From: Octopus sinensis
Lineage: Eukaryota
Direction of reading: 5' to 3'
Length of the DNA: 64,000 nucleotides
Assembly: GCF_006345805.1 (NCBI RefSeq)
Contig: NC_043006.1
Span: 83,018,001 to 83,082,000, forward strand
Positions 13,091 through 25,231 of this stretch are shown in pieces (the stretch's first letter is position 1; every line of letters begins with the position of its first letter). The notes beneath the pieces were generated by a model. The model made no database searches and was not told the DNA's origin. It was given only the letters and a program-made list of their open reading frames with translations. The position numbers were made by a program, and so were the translations under genes.

Positions 13091-13646
13091 GAGTGAGTGA
13101 GCAGTGCATGCCATCAAAGTGACACTGGGGTAAAATATACGAAGCCCAGTATACCCATCATGACTACCCGTCTGATAAGGGTACACCAGGCACATGCACC
13201 ACAACTATATGTGCGCAACATGGTGATCTCATATCAAGATAAACAGCACATGACCTTGCAGGTGGAGCCCAGTTAGAATTTTCTTCAGATCGAGTAACCC
13301 ATCCCGCTCAAAATGTCCCTGAATAAGGGTTGTTTAAGGACGTTGAACGAAACACCCATGTTTCCAGAGGTGAATTATTCAAACCCCAAAGAATCCTTCT
13401 CAACACATGGCTATGATGCTCCCCCACTACTTCTGCTCGTGCTCAGAGATGCACATATCGTCAGCCACTAAGGGACATGCTCAACTGGTTAAGGTCAAAC
13501 AACTGATAAGCAAATCTGTGGTATTGAGCAGAATATTTACTGTAGCCCATCTTTTATACCAAGACAAAACAATGTACATGATAACACTTCCAATCAGTTA
13601 AGATCAGAAGCCATGAGAGCCACTGCCTGGTACTGCATCAGGGCAT
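13091..13646 (-). mobile_element. Full-length ~555-bp TAA-associated retroposon
   Basis: Starts ATGCCCTGATGCAGTACCAGG, ends ...CTCACTC, (TAA)n on both sides. Confidence 0.85.
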
Positions 13647-13674
13647 TATTATCATTATTATTATTATTATTATT

Positions 13675-13984
13675 GAGTGAGAGAGCAGTGCATGCCATCA
13701 AAGTGACACTGGGATAAAATATACGAAGCCCAGTATACCCATCATGACTACCCGTCTGATAAGGGTACACCAGGCACATGCATCAAAACCATATATGCAC
13801 GACATGGTGATCTCATATCAAGATAAACAGCACATGACCTTGCAGGTGGGGCCCAGTTAGAATTTTCTTCTGGTCGAGTAACCCATCCTGCTCAAAAGGT
13901 CCTTGAATAAGTGTTGTTTAAGGATGTTGAATGAAACATCCAGGTTTCCAGGGGTGAATTATTCAAACCCCAAAGAATCCCTCT
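13675..13984 (-). mobile_element. 5'-truncated copy of the ~555-bp retroposon
   Basis: Same 3' end, truncated at GGATTC, TAA-flanked. Confidence 0.8.
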
Positions 13985-14003
13985 TATTATTATTATTATT
14001 ATT

Positions 14004-14557
14004 GAGTGAGAGAGCAGTGCATGCCATCAAAGTGACACTGGGGTAAAATATATGAAGCCCAGTATACCCATCATGACTACCCGTCTGATAAGGGTACACC
14101 AGGCACATGCATCACAACCATATGTGCGCGACATGGTGATCTCATATCAAGATAAACAGCACATGACCTTGCAGGTGGGGCCCAGTTAGAATTTTCTTCT
14201 GGTAGAGTAACCCATCCCGCTCAAAAGGTCCTTGAATAAGGATTGTTTAAGGGTGTTGAACGAATCACCCATGTTTCCAGAGGTGAATTATCCAAACCCT
14301 AAAGAATCCCTCTCAACACATGGCTATGATGCTCCCCCACTACTTCTGCTCGTGATCAGAGATGCACATATCGTCAGCCACTAAGTGACATGCTCAACTG
14401 GTTAAGGTCAAACAACTGACAAGCAAATCTGTGGTATTGAGCAGAATATTTGCTGTAGCCCATCTTTTAAACCAAGACAAAACAATGTACATGATAACAC
14501 TTCCAATCAGTTAAGATCAGAAGCCATGAGAGCCACTGCCTGGTACTGCATCAGGGC

Positions 14558-14559
<2 letters not shown>
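14004..14559 (-). mobile_element. Full-length ~555-bp retroposon
   Basis: Same termini as 13091-13646, TAA-flanked. Confidence 0.85.
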
Positions 14560-14627
<68 letters not shown>

Positions 14628-14628
<1 letters not shown>

Positions 14629-14790
14629 GTTTGACTTTTGCTTTATGTCTGTACAAGTTAGCTCCAAGTCTCACCCAGAGACCTCAAGAGACAACAGGTT
14701 GGAAGTTCTGTGCCATATATTTGGGGGGGGCGGTGTTGTACTAGTGAATGTCTAATACATAAAAAAAAATAAATAAAAAAATTAAAAAAA
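14628..14790 (-). mobile_element. 3'-UTR fragment of R4/Dong family 1
   Basis: Reverse complement of 3790-3950, embedded in (TTA)n. Confidence 0.75.
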
Positions 14791-14793
14791 TTA

Positions 14794-14824
<31 letters not shown>

Positions 14825-14973
14825 CGTCATCATCATTATTATTATTATTATTATTATTAATATTGTTATCATTATTATTATCATTATTATTATCATTATT
14901 ATTATTATTATTATTATTATCATTATTATCATTATTATTATTTTTATTATTATTGTTATCATTATTATTATTA

Positions 14974-15015
<42 letters not shown>

Positions 15016-15032
15016 TTATTATGATTATTATG

Positions 15033-15070
<38 letters not shown>

Positions 15071-15108
15071 CATTATTATCATTATTATTATTTTTATTAT
15101 TATTGTTA

Positions 15109-15171
<63 letters not shown>

Positions 15172-15179
15172 TTATTATG

Positions 15180-15223
<44 letters not shown>

Positions 15224-15240
15224 CATTATTTATTATTATT
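14790..15240. repeat. Compound (TTA)n microsatellite
   Basis: Direct reading. Further long (TTA/TAA)n tracts at 12425-12528, 12812-13085, 15970-16160 and elsewhere. Confidence 0.95.
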
Positions 15241-15732
15241 TTAGTTTCTCGAGCCTAGTGAATTTGACATCCTGGTATGATGTTTAATATTATATCAACA
15301 TACGCGTTGTGGTGTCTTTCTCCTAGGCGTCCATAATCAATCTGAGAGATTCTGCAAAAACCATGGATGTCTTTCTTTACTCATTTGGTCCTAATAGCCA
15401 AATACTGGAGCCCATCTCGGCTGAAAAGTCCTGAAGGCACGTGTCCTTACTTTTCCCTTATAAGCAGTGTCAGAAGCTCTGCAAATATTGTGGGCGAGTG
15501 TCCTTAATCGCTTGTTATTATATCTACTACTGAAGGTGCCTTCTCTCTTGCCGCGATACCAATCTTGTGGGAGCTGCAAGTTCCGTGGATATATCTACTT
15601 CTACCTTGAGTCTATAACCAATTTTGTAAGTCCTTTAAAGTTTATGGACGTGACGTGCGCCATTTCTCACTAAGCCATTAAGATAAAAAGTAAAATAATT
15701 GGAATATAAATGGAAACCAGTGCCATATATAC

Positions 15733-15962
15733 CTTGCTAATTGCGGCCAGAACGTCGGCTTTCGTCTTGTAGTGCTTTAAGCCGAATTCTTTGTGCACAT
15801 GAGTACTAAAAGTGACTAAGCTCACTTGAACGTTATCGGGGCCAACAACTGAGTCACTGACAATCTGTTTCACAAAGTTCAATTCTTTCTGAAACTCTGC
15901 TTGTGACATACTGGAAGAAGCGTCCACCAGAAACATCATGTCAACTTTTGTGGTTCCACAGT
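15733..15962 (-). CDS. Exon 2: N-terminal half of VWA domain 1
   Basis: Acceptor TTGTAG (AG 15964-15963), phase 1. DCGTTKVDMMFLVDASSS...VSLVTFS...AAISK. Donor GTATAT at 15732, phase 0, matching exon 3. Confidence 0.9.
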
Positions 15963-15974
15963 CTACAAAATAAC

Positions 15975-16038
<64 letters not shown>

Positions 16039-16074
16039 GTAATAATAACAATAACAACAATAGTAATAATGATA

Positions 16075-16161
<87 letters not shown>

Positions 16162-16163
16162 TT

Positions 16164-17960
16164 AAGGCAACCGGGTACGTTTAATAGAACAGACTCTGGG
16201 GACGATTAACATGTCAGAGCGATAAAACACTGCTCCGAAATCTATCCAAAAACATCGGAAATAAAGTCATCGAATAGAGCCAAAAAATAGCTGTCAAAGG
16301 GTTGCACTATATCCGAGTAAGTAATACTCATTGAAATTTATTACAATTTTCCAAATGAAATGATGTATTTTAACTGGATATCATCTCCACAGCTCGCACA
16401 GCACATGTAAACACGCTTGATACATTACGATCCATCAACACCAGACCATCTCCGGCCCCAAACACCATGGACAAAAAATACCAATAAATTAAATTATACC
16501 GGTATTATTCAACTCAAGAATAATAATCGGAAAGTGCATACTTTAAACTTGTTACACAAAAAGTACGAAAAACTACCCGTGCAAAACAATTTGACAACAG
16601 AAATGAACGGACCGGTACCCTACGAAAATGATGACCGTCAAAATAAAGGACCGGACGTTGTTCTTCATGTCCCTGCAAATAAAACCAATAAAGGCATAAA
16701 TGGACACGTGAGGAATATATTTCAATCCTACACGCTTACTTTACAGCAGTGCTCTACCCAAAGAACGAAAACACAAAAACATATACATATAAAATATGGA
16801 AGAAAAATAACCTAAATAAAGACTTGGATACAGCAATGAACCCTAATAAACTAGCTAACATTCGAAGATATATTCTCAACGCAAAAAAATATCAGAAATA
16901 GAAATAGAACATTTAAAAGGAAAAATACACCAGGAAAATGTTGATAGAGGCCACACAACAATGCCAAATAATATAAACACTGAGATAGTAAAACACGAGG
17001 ACAGACGTAACATTTCCACCAAAAGTGAAGTAAACAACAAAAGACAACAAACCCAGACCGTAGGGATGTATAATAACGTGCAAAAAGCACCAATCCAGAA
17101 CACCACAGACAAATATATGAATGAGAAGGAAGACGAAACAAATCTAAAACCTGGAAACAGTGAATGGGAACCTAATGATTATGATACTAAAAAAATGAGC
17201 ATAATCAAAGAACTGAAAACCACAGATCTCAGAATGGACCACCAATTATACCTCCCAAAAATCAAAATAGACAATAAAACAACATCAATAATAAATAGCA
17301 TAAAGCTGACAAATACAAACAAGAAGTCATACTACCTAACAAATATGAAGAATAAACAACAAAATTCAAAAAAACAAATGAAATCCAAACTAAAACTCGA
17401 ACAGCAACGGACCATGATAAAACGATGGCAAGAAAAGCCCCTTCATGGCAAATACTGGTCTAAGCTAAATGCAAAAGAAATAAAGAAAAATCTCAGCAAT
17501 GGTTGAGAAGTTCAGGACTCAAAGCAGAGACTGAATGATTTTTAATTGCAGCCTCCCCACCAGAAATTACCAAAAGCATATAATGAAAAGAAACAAAACA
17601 AGTAACTGCAGAATATGTGGAGATGGACAAGAAACAATAAATCATATTATCTCTGGCTGCCCAGTCCTGGTTAAGAAGGAATATTCACAGACACGACAGA
17701 GGTGGGACCTACATACACTGAAAGCTATGCCAACACCATGGAATAATAACAGAAAAAAATGGTATAAGCACACACCAGAAAAGGTCACAGAAAATGAAAA
17801 CGCATCCATACTCTAGGATATGCCAGTACACACAAATAGAGAAATTAAGGCCAATAGGCCAGATATAGTTGCCAGAGATTATGAAGAAAAAAAGGCTTTC
17901 TAATTGATGTATCAATACCAGCAGATGACAACGTTTCTCTAAAAGAAATGGAGAAACTTA
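16164..17960 (+). mobile_element. R4/Dong family 2 element with N-terminal region but no RT domain (internal deletion)
   Basis: Begins at (TAA)n. Asn/Lys-rich N-terminal ORFs (16417-16815, 16961-17506) join directly to KQMKSKLK...KPLHGKY, highly similar to 4385-4990. No RT motifs seen. Confidence 0.75.
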
Positions 17961-17963
17961 AAG

Positions 17964-18435
17964 ATAAAAGATGGGCTACAGCAAATATTCTGCTCAAAAC
18001 AACAGATTTGTTTGTCAGTTGTTTGATCTTAACCAGTTCAGTTGTTTGATGTTAACCAGTTGAACATGTTCCTTAGTGGCTGATATGTGTATCCTTGATC
18101 GTGGGCAGAAGCAGTGAGGGAACATTATAACCATATGTTGAGGGGAATTCTTTGAAGTTTGAATAATTCACTTCTGGAAAAATAAGTTTTTCGTCCATCA
18201 TCCTTAAACAAACCTTATTCAGGGACCTTTTGAGTGGGACGGGCTACTCGGCTTGAGGAAATTCTAACTAGGTCCCCACCTGCAAAGTCATGCGCTGTTT
18301 ATTTTGATATGAGATCACCATGTTGCGCACATATAGTTGTGATGCATGTACCTGGTGCACCCTTATCAGACGGGTAGTTATGATGAGTATACTGGGCTTC
18401 GTGTTACTTTGATGTCATGCACTGCTCTCTCACTC
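17964..18435 (+). mobile_element. Diverged 5'-truncated copy of the ~555-bp retroposon
   Basis: aaaagatgggctacagcaaatattctgctc...actgctctctcactc-(AAT)n. Confidence 0.8.
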
Positions 18436-18478
18436 AATAATTATAATAATGATAATAATAATTATGATGATGATGATC

Positions 18479-18524
<46 letters not shown>

Positions 18525-19365
18525 CAACAACAACAACAACAATCCTTTCTACTATAGGTACAAAGCCTGAAATTATGGCGGAGGGGACTATTGATTATAT
18601 CGACCCAGTGTTTCACTGATACTTAATTTATCGATTCCGAAGGATGAAAGGCAAAGTCGACCTCGGCGGACTTTGAACTCAGAACGTAGCAACGGGTGAA
18701 ATTCCGCTAAGCATTTCGTCCACCGTGCTAACGATAACTGTTATAGTTTGTTCCTTCCCGAACCACGCCTGGCTCATAGGGGCCGGTTTCCCGGTTTCCT
18801 TGGCGTATAGGTTCCCCACCTGGACAGGAGGCCGGTCTGTCGCAGATGAGCTGCAAGATGCAGGAGGAAAGAGTAAGAGAAATTTCTGGCGAAAGAGTCA
18901 GCAGAGGTTCGCCATCACCTTCTGCCAGAGGTGTCTCGCTCATAAACACACATCGCCCGGTCTGAGATTCGAACCCGCGATCCCTCGACCGCGAGTCCGC
19001 TGCTCTTACCACTAGGCCATGTGCCTTCACACGGCTCACATGTTACCCATAATATAATTGGACAATATTGAGAAAATGTCTTAGATTAGCCGAAAATTTC
19101 AGCTTCAGTCACAAATATATCCACTCGCCTTCAACTTAGTCAACATTTCGAAGTGGATTTATCAAATTGAAATTAAATAAATAAAACAATTGTTTAATTT
19201 GTATACTTGCGATTTATATATTTTTAATAGTTATAATACTGATCAATTATTAAAAACAATGACACTAATTCTCTAAGAATATAAGTACATATATACCTAT
19301 GTATGCATGTATGTATGTATGGATGGATGTATGTAAGTATGTATGTATAAATTAGATTGCTTTAC

Positions 19366-19459
19366 CTTGGACTGATACTGTAGTCGGGACTGAACTTCCA
19401 TGCTGGACGGTCAAAATGACCACTCCAATAATATTAAGCAATAGTGTTGAAATCCTCAT
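19366..19459 (-). CDS. Exon 1: signal peptide MRISTLLLNIIGVVILTVQHGSSVPTTVSVQ
   Basis: ATG in AAACATGA context, basic n-region, hydrophobic h-region, small-residue c-region. Donor GTAAAG at 19365, phase 1, joins exon 2 in frame (G+AC = Asp). Confidence 0.82.
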
Positions 19460-19483
19460 GTTTAAACCTGAACACCTCAACTC

Positions 19484-19522
19484 AACTGACGGAATCAACC
19501 AGAAACGTACGGTTTTTATATA
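19484..19522 (-). promoter_or_regulatory. Core promoter: TATATAAAAA (19522-19513) and Inr-like TCAGTT (19489-19484)
   Basis: TATA box lies about 33 nt upstream of the Inr A (19487), which is 28 nt upstream of the ATG. Confidence 0.6.
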
Positions 19523-19811
19523 AGAAAAGATACACAAGAAATCATAGACCTTGAAACTAATGCAATCAGATTGATAGCCTGATGTCTTGAGAATTTTGGA
19601 GATAAAAAAAAATGTAAAAATATCTTAAATATTATTTACTGAATGATTATGTATTATGTATGATTATGTATTATGCGCAGGTGTAGTTAATTGCTAAATG
19701 TTTTACACATACATACATACATACATACATACATACATACATACATACATACATACATACATACACACATATACATATATACATACATACATACATACAT
19801 ACATACATACA

Positions 19812-19845
<34 letters not shown>

Positions 19846-20994
19846 CATACATATACACATACATACGTGAGTATATACATATACATACACGTATATAGCA
19901 GATATGGTAATCTAATAACTGCTGCTGCTTTTTAAAGTACATATTTTTTATTTTTTATTTTTTATCTGTTAATTCGTGTTTCTGAGAAATATTTATTATT
20001 TATTCATTTATTTATTGGTGATAGAGTGCGGAGGTTGTTCCGTCTGAGAAAATGACATCTGACAAGAATTACTAACACTGCTACTAAAACTGCTACTACC
20101 GCCGTTGTTGCTCGCTCGGTTTTCAAGAAACAGTTGCCTAAATCAACTTCAAATCACACTCTACATCTAATATCGTTAGACAAAGTAGGATGATACATTA
20201 GATAAAGCACTCCTAGATAGACTGTGTCTAAAAACAATAAGAGTGACTGGTTTCGACGGTAACGCCGTTTGACTATACGTTAGACCGACAATCTTGATAT
20301 GGGCTTTGGGTTTAAAGAACAGGGCCAACAACAAGAACTACGATAAAGGCAACAACAACAGCAAAAGCTTCTACTGTCACTACAGAAAAGGGTCAATGTT
20401 AGTGGGGTTTCAGTTGTTTATTTACAATACTGAGCATATGCCAACAACGCTGAATAAATTTGAAATATAGTTTGTCTCTAGAGGGATTTTAAAATACTTT
20501 TTTAATTAACTAATGTAGGACGATGCGAGCTGTAGTATCTAGTATAAAAGTGACTTCTCTTTAAAATTCTTGTGTGTTAGAAACACAGCTCTTTCATAAT
20601 GATGTCAGCAGACCGTCAGTCTCCCATGTTTCAGCTTGATTTAGTCTCTTCAGTGATGGACACTCTTTCAATGTACTGCTTTATTTTCGAGGAAAGGTTT
20701 GTACACAGGGGTCTCTAGAGTCTCACAGATGCAGATGAGTGTTTGTATATTTTAACGTTCCCATTAAACAGCAGCGTGTCTAGCCCCTTGTGGGTAATAA
20801 AGAAATAGGTATTTCGTCTGCTGCTACGTTCTGAGTTCAAATTCCACCGATGTCGACTTTGCCTTTCATCCTTTCGGAATCGATAAATTAAGTACCAGTT
20901 GAGTACTGGGGTCGATGTAATCGACTTGCCCCTTCTCCCCAAATTTCAGGCCTTGTGCCTATAGTAGAAACGTTTATTATCATTATTATTATTA

Positions 20995-21070
<76 letters not shown>

Positions 21071-21983
21071 TATTATTATTATTATTATTATTATTAAGGG
21101 GATGAGCTGATAGAATCGTTGGTACGTTGGACAAAATGCTTAGTGAACTTTCTTCCAGCTCTTTACGTTAGAAGTTTTTTAAAAATGTTGTGGTCGACTG
21201 TACATTTTCATCTTTCGGGTACAATGGAATGAGTACCAGTCGATCACTTGTGTCGATATAATCGACTAGCCCACTCCACCCAAAAATCCGAGCTTCGTAC
21301 CTATAGTAGAAAGGGTTAATATCAATATCATCATCATGGTCGAAACGACGAGCTGGCAGAATCGTTAGCGTATCGAACAAAATACGTAGCGGTATTTCTT
21401 GTTGCCCTTTACGTTCTAAGTTCGAATACCGCCGAGGTCAAATTTTTCTCTTTATCCTTTTGGGTTCGATAAAAATACAATACCAGTCTTCAGCACAGTA
21501 AACAAAACAATTGTACTTGAAAATCTTGATACAAAAGAAGAGAGAAAAGTATGCCCTCAATTCCCTTAATCGTGTCATCCACATTATCTCTTTTACATTA
21601 GCCGCAAGAAAAAGGAAGGTGCGGTGGGGCCGTGTTCTGAGGGTACTCGATTGACAGCTGGACTTGTTCTTCCTTCAATCGCTATAGTTATACAACGTAA
21701 CAACGTATGTCGTTAATGTTTGGATAGAGGACGATGTATATAAAACGGTATCTTCACATTTATGGCATCTAAGGTAACTTTGGCTTGAAAGCAATGTCGG
21801 CATTGCAGCGATCTATGTCTCAAAGCATTTAGTTCCCCATGCAGTTCCGGTATAACTACAAGACCAAAAGAATTACGGAAGCAGTCATAATTCCTAATCT
21901 AAAAGAAGAGATTACTCAAGGGCCAAGCTACTTATAGAAAGTGACGATGATGATGACGATGATGATGATGATGATGATGATGC

Positions 21984-22024
<41 letters not shown>

Positions 22025-22331
22025 GAGTGAAGTGATACCGGAGGCAGCAGTGGTGATGGTGCTGGTGGTGGCCGCGGCGAGGAAAACGATGGACAACGAC
22101 GACAACGATGACGACGATGATGATGACGCCAAGGACGACAATGACGACGAAAAGGAAGAGGTGGATAAGGGTGAAGAGGACACAAAGACTAAACTAAGCA
22201 CTATCTGTGTTTACCGTTTTGCGAGTTGGCGTGATTAGATATGCGACGAGCAGTCCCTTATCTGTTTGTATCCATGCCGAGTGAGAGAGAGACACACAGA
22301 ACACGGTGACCAAATGCTCTCGTGTTTCATA

Positions 22332-22434
<103 letters not shown>

Positions 22435-22919
22435 AATGTGCGTGGGAGTTTCATGCTCCAGTTTAGATATTTCGGAGAATACGTAAAGCAGGTAACCAAA
22501 AGTCTGAAGACTATTCAACTGGTACCTATGGTCCTACTGAAGAAAATACACATGTACACACACACATACACACGCGCGCGCTAGCAAACTATATATATAT
22601 ATATATATATATACATGTGTGTGTTTGTGTATGTGTGTGTATTTGTGTGTGTGTGTGTGTATGTGTGTACATAAAGAATATGAGGGGTTCAGTTCACTGG
22701 TGATCTAAACGAATAGGTACTCTGTGTAAGTGTTATAATTGGTCATCCGTTACGGTTCAGATTCACAGTTAGATTAGAACTAGGGATCCGTTGTAGACTT
22801 CCGAGTTAGCAGATCTATATTAGAGGAAAAAGTACAACAAAAACCATAGCAGGATGAGTATCTCAAATCATTTAGAGTATTTGATTGGTCAGGGGAGTTT
22901 TAAGTAATTAATTATTGGA

Positions 22920-22996
22920 TGTCTTACAGCTGTTTCTGGGAATCGTAAGTGATAGGTTAGCATCTCCATACACAGGGTGTTCCGTCATCATAGACA
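22920..22996 (-). ncRNA. Degenerate type-I hammerhead (ACAGCUGU family, C3 to A)
   Basis: Stem I UGUCU/AGACA, core AUGAUGA, stem II GGAA...UUCC, GAAA-CAGCUG-UA. Confidence 0.45.
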
Positions 22997-23257
22997 AAGT
23001 GAATATGTAAACAAGTTCAAGACATAGAATTCACAGTTTATAAAGGAATAAAATAGTAGATAGAAGAATAAAGAGTACAATTTATCTGTCGAGATATCGG
23101 ATAGGGTATTTCGGTTTTGTACATAGAGAAAACCAACCCAATGACTATTTACTGCCTAAGGGTTTTGTCCACGTTACGCGTTACTCTGAGAAGTACGTTT
23201 TTGGTATTCTTTAGGGTGGCCGACAAGTCGTAAATTCCCTTGGTGGATAAAAGTCAG

Positions 23258-23340
23258 CTCATTACAGCTGTTTCTTACCTAACTTTTAATGAAGCATAAG
23301 AACATAACATCATTATAAAAGACCGTAGTCATCAGATGAG
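23258..23340 (-). ncRNA. Type-I hammerhead motif (ACAGCUGU family, long stem II)
   Basis: Stem I CUCAU/AUGAG, CUGAUGA (23335-23329), long hairpin (UAAUGA/UCAUUA, CUUU/AAAG), GAAA, palindrome ACAGCUGU, GUA triplet. The 10.1-11.1 pair is a C-A mismatch. Confidence 0.6.
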
Positions 23341-23426
23341 AACGTTATCAGCTGATGACTACGGTCTTTTATGATGATGTTATGTTCTTATGCTTCATTA
23401 AAAGTTAGGTAAGAAACAGTTGTAAT

Positions 23427-23687
23427 AAGGCGGCGAGCTGGCAGAAACGTTAGCACGCCGGGCGACATGCGTAGCCGTATTTCGTCTGCCGTTACGTTCT
23501 GAGTTCAAATTTCGTCTGCCGTTACGTTCTGAGTTCAAATTTCGCCGAGGTCGACATGGCCTTTCATCCTTTCGGGGTCGATTAAATAAGTACCAGTTAC
23601 GCACTGGAGTCGATATAATCGACTTGATCCGTTTGTCTGTCCTTGTTTGTCCCCTCTATGTTTAGCCCCTTGTGGGCAATAAAGAAA
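23427..23687 (+). mobile_element. SINE family A with 17-bp TSD
   Basis: TAAGAAACAGTTGTAAT at 23410-23426 and 23688-23704. Also carries an internal ~31-bp duplication. Confidence 0.9.
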
Positions 23688-24083
23688 TAAGAAACAGTTG
23701 TAATGTGCTGACACATATCTATCGTGCGTTTTTATTCATTTGATTATATATATACATATATATATATAGGTATACACACAAGACACAAATGTACGTGTGT
23801 GTGTACATGTGTGCGTGTGTGTGCGTGCATGCGTGCGTGCGTACACACACGCAAAAATGCGCGCACATACACACACACACATTTACACACACGCATATAT
23901 GAACCCATTCTCAGGTGCCGCTAGGTGGTAAGAAATTTTCTATTCAACCACATGGTTTCAGGTTCAGTCCCACTACGTGAAACCTTGTGGAAGCGTCTTT
24001 TTCGATAGCCTCAGCCTGAACAAAGCCTTGCGAGTGGATTTGGTTGTCGGAAACTGATAGAAGCTCGTCTTATGTATATATAT

Positions 24084-24343
24084 TCTTTTATTTGTTTCAG
24101 TCATTTGACTGCGGGCATGATGGAGCACCGCTTTTTTAATCGAACAAATCGACTTATTCTTTGTAAGCCTAGTACTTATTGTATCAGTCCATTTTGCCGA
24201 ACCGCTCAGTTACGGGGACGTAAACACACCACCATCGGTTGTCAAGATATAATGGTAGGGACAAACACAGACACACAAACACACACACACAGACACAGAC
24301 ACACACACACAAACACACACACACGAACACACACACACACACA

Positions 24344-24378
<35 letters not shown>

Positions 24379-24565
24379 ATATATATATATATATATACAC
24401 ACGACGGGCTTCTTTCAGTTTCCGTCTACCAAATCCACTCACAATGCTTTAGTCGGCCCGAGGCTATAGCAGAAAACACTTGCCCATGGTGCCATACAGT
24501 GGGACTGAACCCAGAACCATGTGGTTGGTAAGCAAGCTACTTACCATATAGCCACTCGTGCGCCT
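24084..24565 (-). mobile_element. SINE family B with internal (CA)/(TA) microsatellite
   Basis: Head GGCGCACGAGTGGCTATATGGTAAG...GGTTCAGTCCC, core ggcaccatgggcaagtg, tail tgactgaaacaaataaaaga. An inverted head-only copy lies at ~23915-24070. Confidence 0.85.
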
Positions 24566-25162
24566 ATATGTGTGTGTGTGTGTGTGTGTATGTATTTATA
24601 TGTGTGGGTGTGCATATTTCTAGCTTATCTTGGATCATATTTCCGAGTGCAATACCCCTATTCTGATGACAGTATGAGTGCTAATTGAGATAGATTCGGC
24701 TACTATTTCTAGGAGATAGAATGACCATGTGGAGTGTCCCACGTGGGCTTATCTTTATATATAAAAGTAATATAGTATATAAGAAATAAGACTATCGTCC
24801 TATACCAACATTCCAGGAAAAATCGTTACAAATCAAAAATAATTAGTCATGAAATTACGAAATTGCAACAATTGTGTATGTTAGAAAATACTGTGTGAAA
24901 AATAAAATACAATAAAAAATTAATTTATATTTTTGAATGTAAAAGAAACGAAATCTAAGTCAACGACAAATGGATGCCGCTTTTAGAAGTGATAATGAAT
25001 GTAAGGGAAATAATTTAGTAGTCTGGCTTTAAGAGTAATCTACCTTGTTTTTTCGGGGTTTTTTTTCATTTTTTATTTTTTGTGGGGTATTTTACGATGT
25101 TTCAAATTGCCTTTACAGATTTTATATTTATATATATATAATTATTTAAATGCAGCAGAAAT

Positions 25163-25219
25163 ATAACAAAACCTGTTACTCAGAGTTTCACGTCCCCGTT
25201 CGTCGGACAGTTTTGTTAC
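25163..25219 (-). ncRNA. Compact type-I hammerhead with extended stem I
   Basis: GUAACAAAA-CUGU / ACAG-G-UUUUGUUAU, core CCGACGA, stem II ACG-GGGA-CGU, GAAA, ACUC-U-GAGU, GUA triplet. Confidence 0.6.
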
Positions 25220-25231
25220 ATACATATATAT

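Noticed and set aside
16164-16235. HDV-like ribozyme at the 5' end of the deleted R4/Dong element
   Set aside because: A P4-like hairpin followed by CGA is visible, but no P1/P3 pairing was found. Left as a computational check only.
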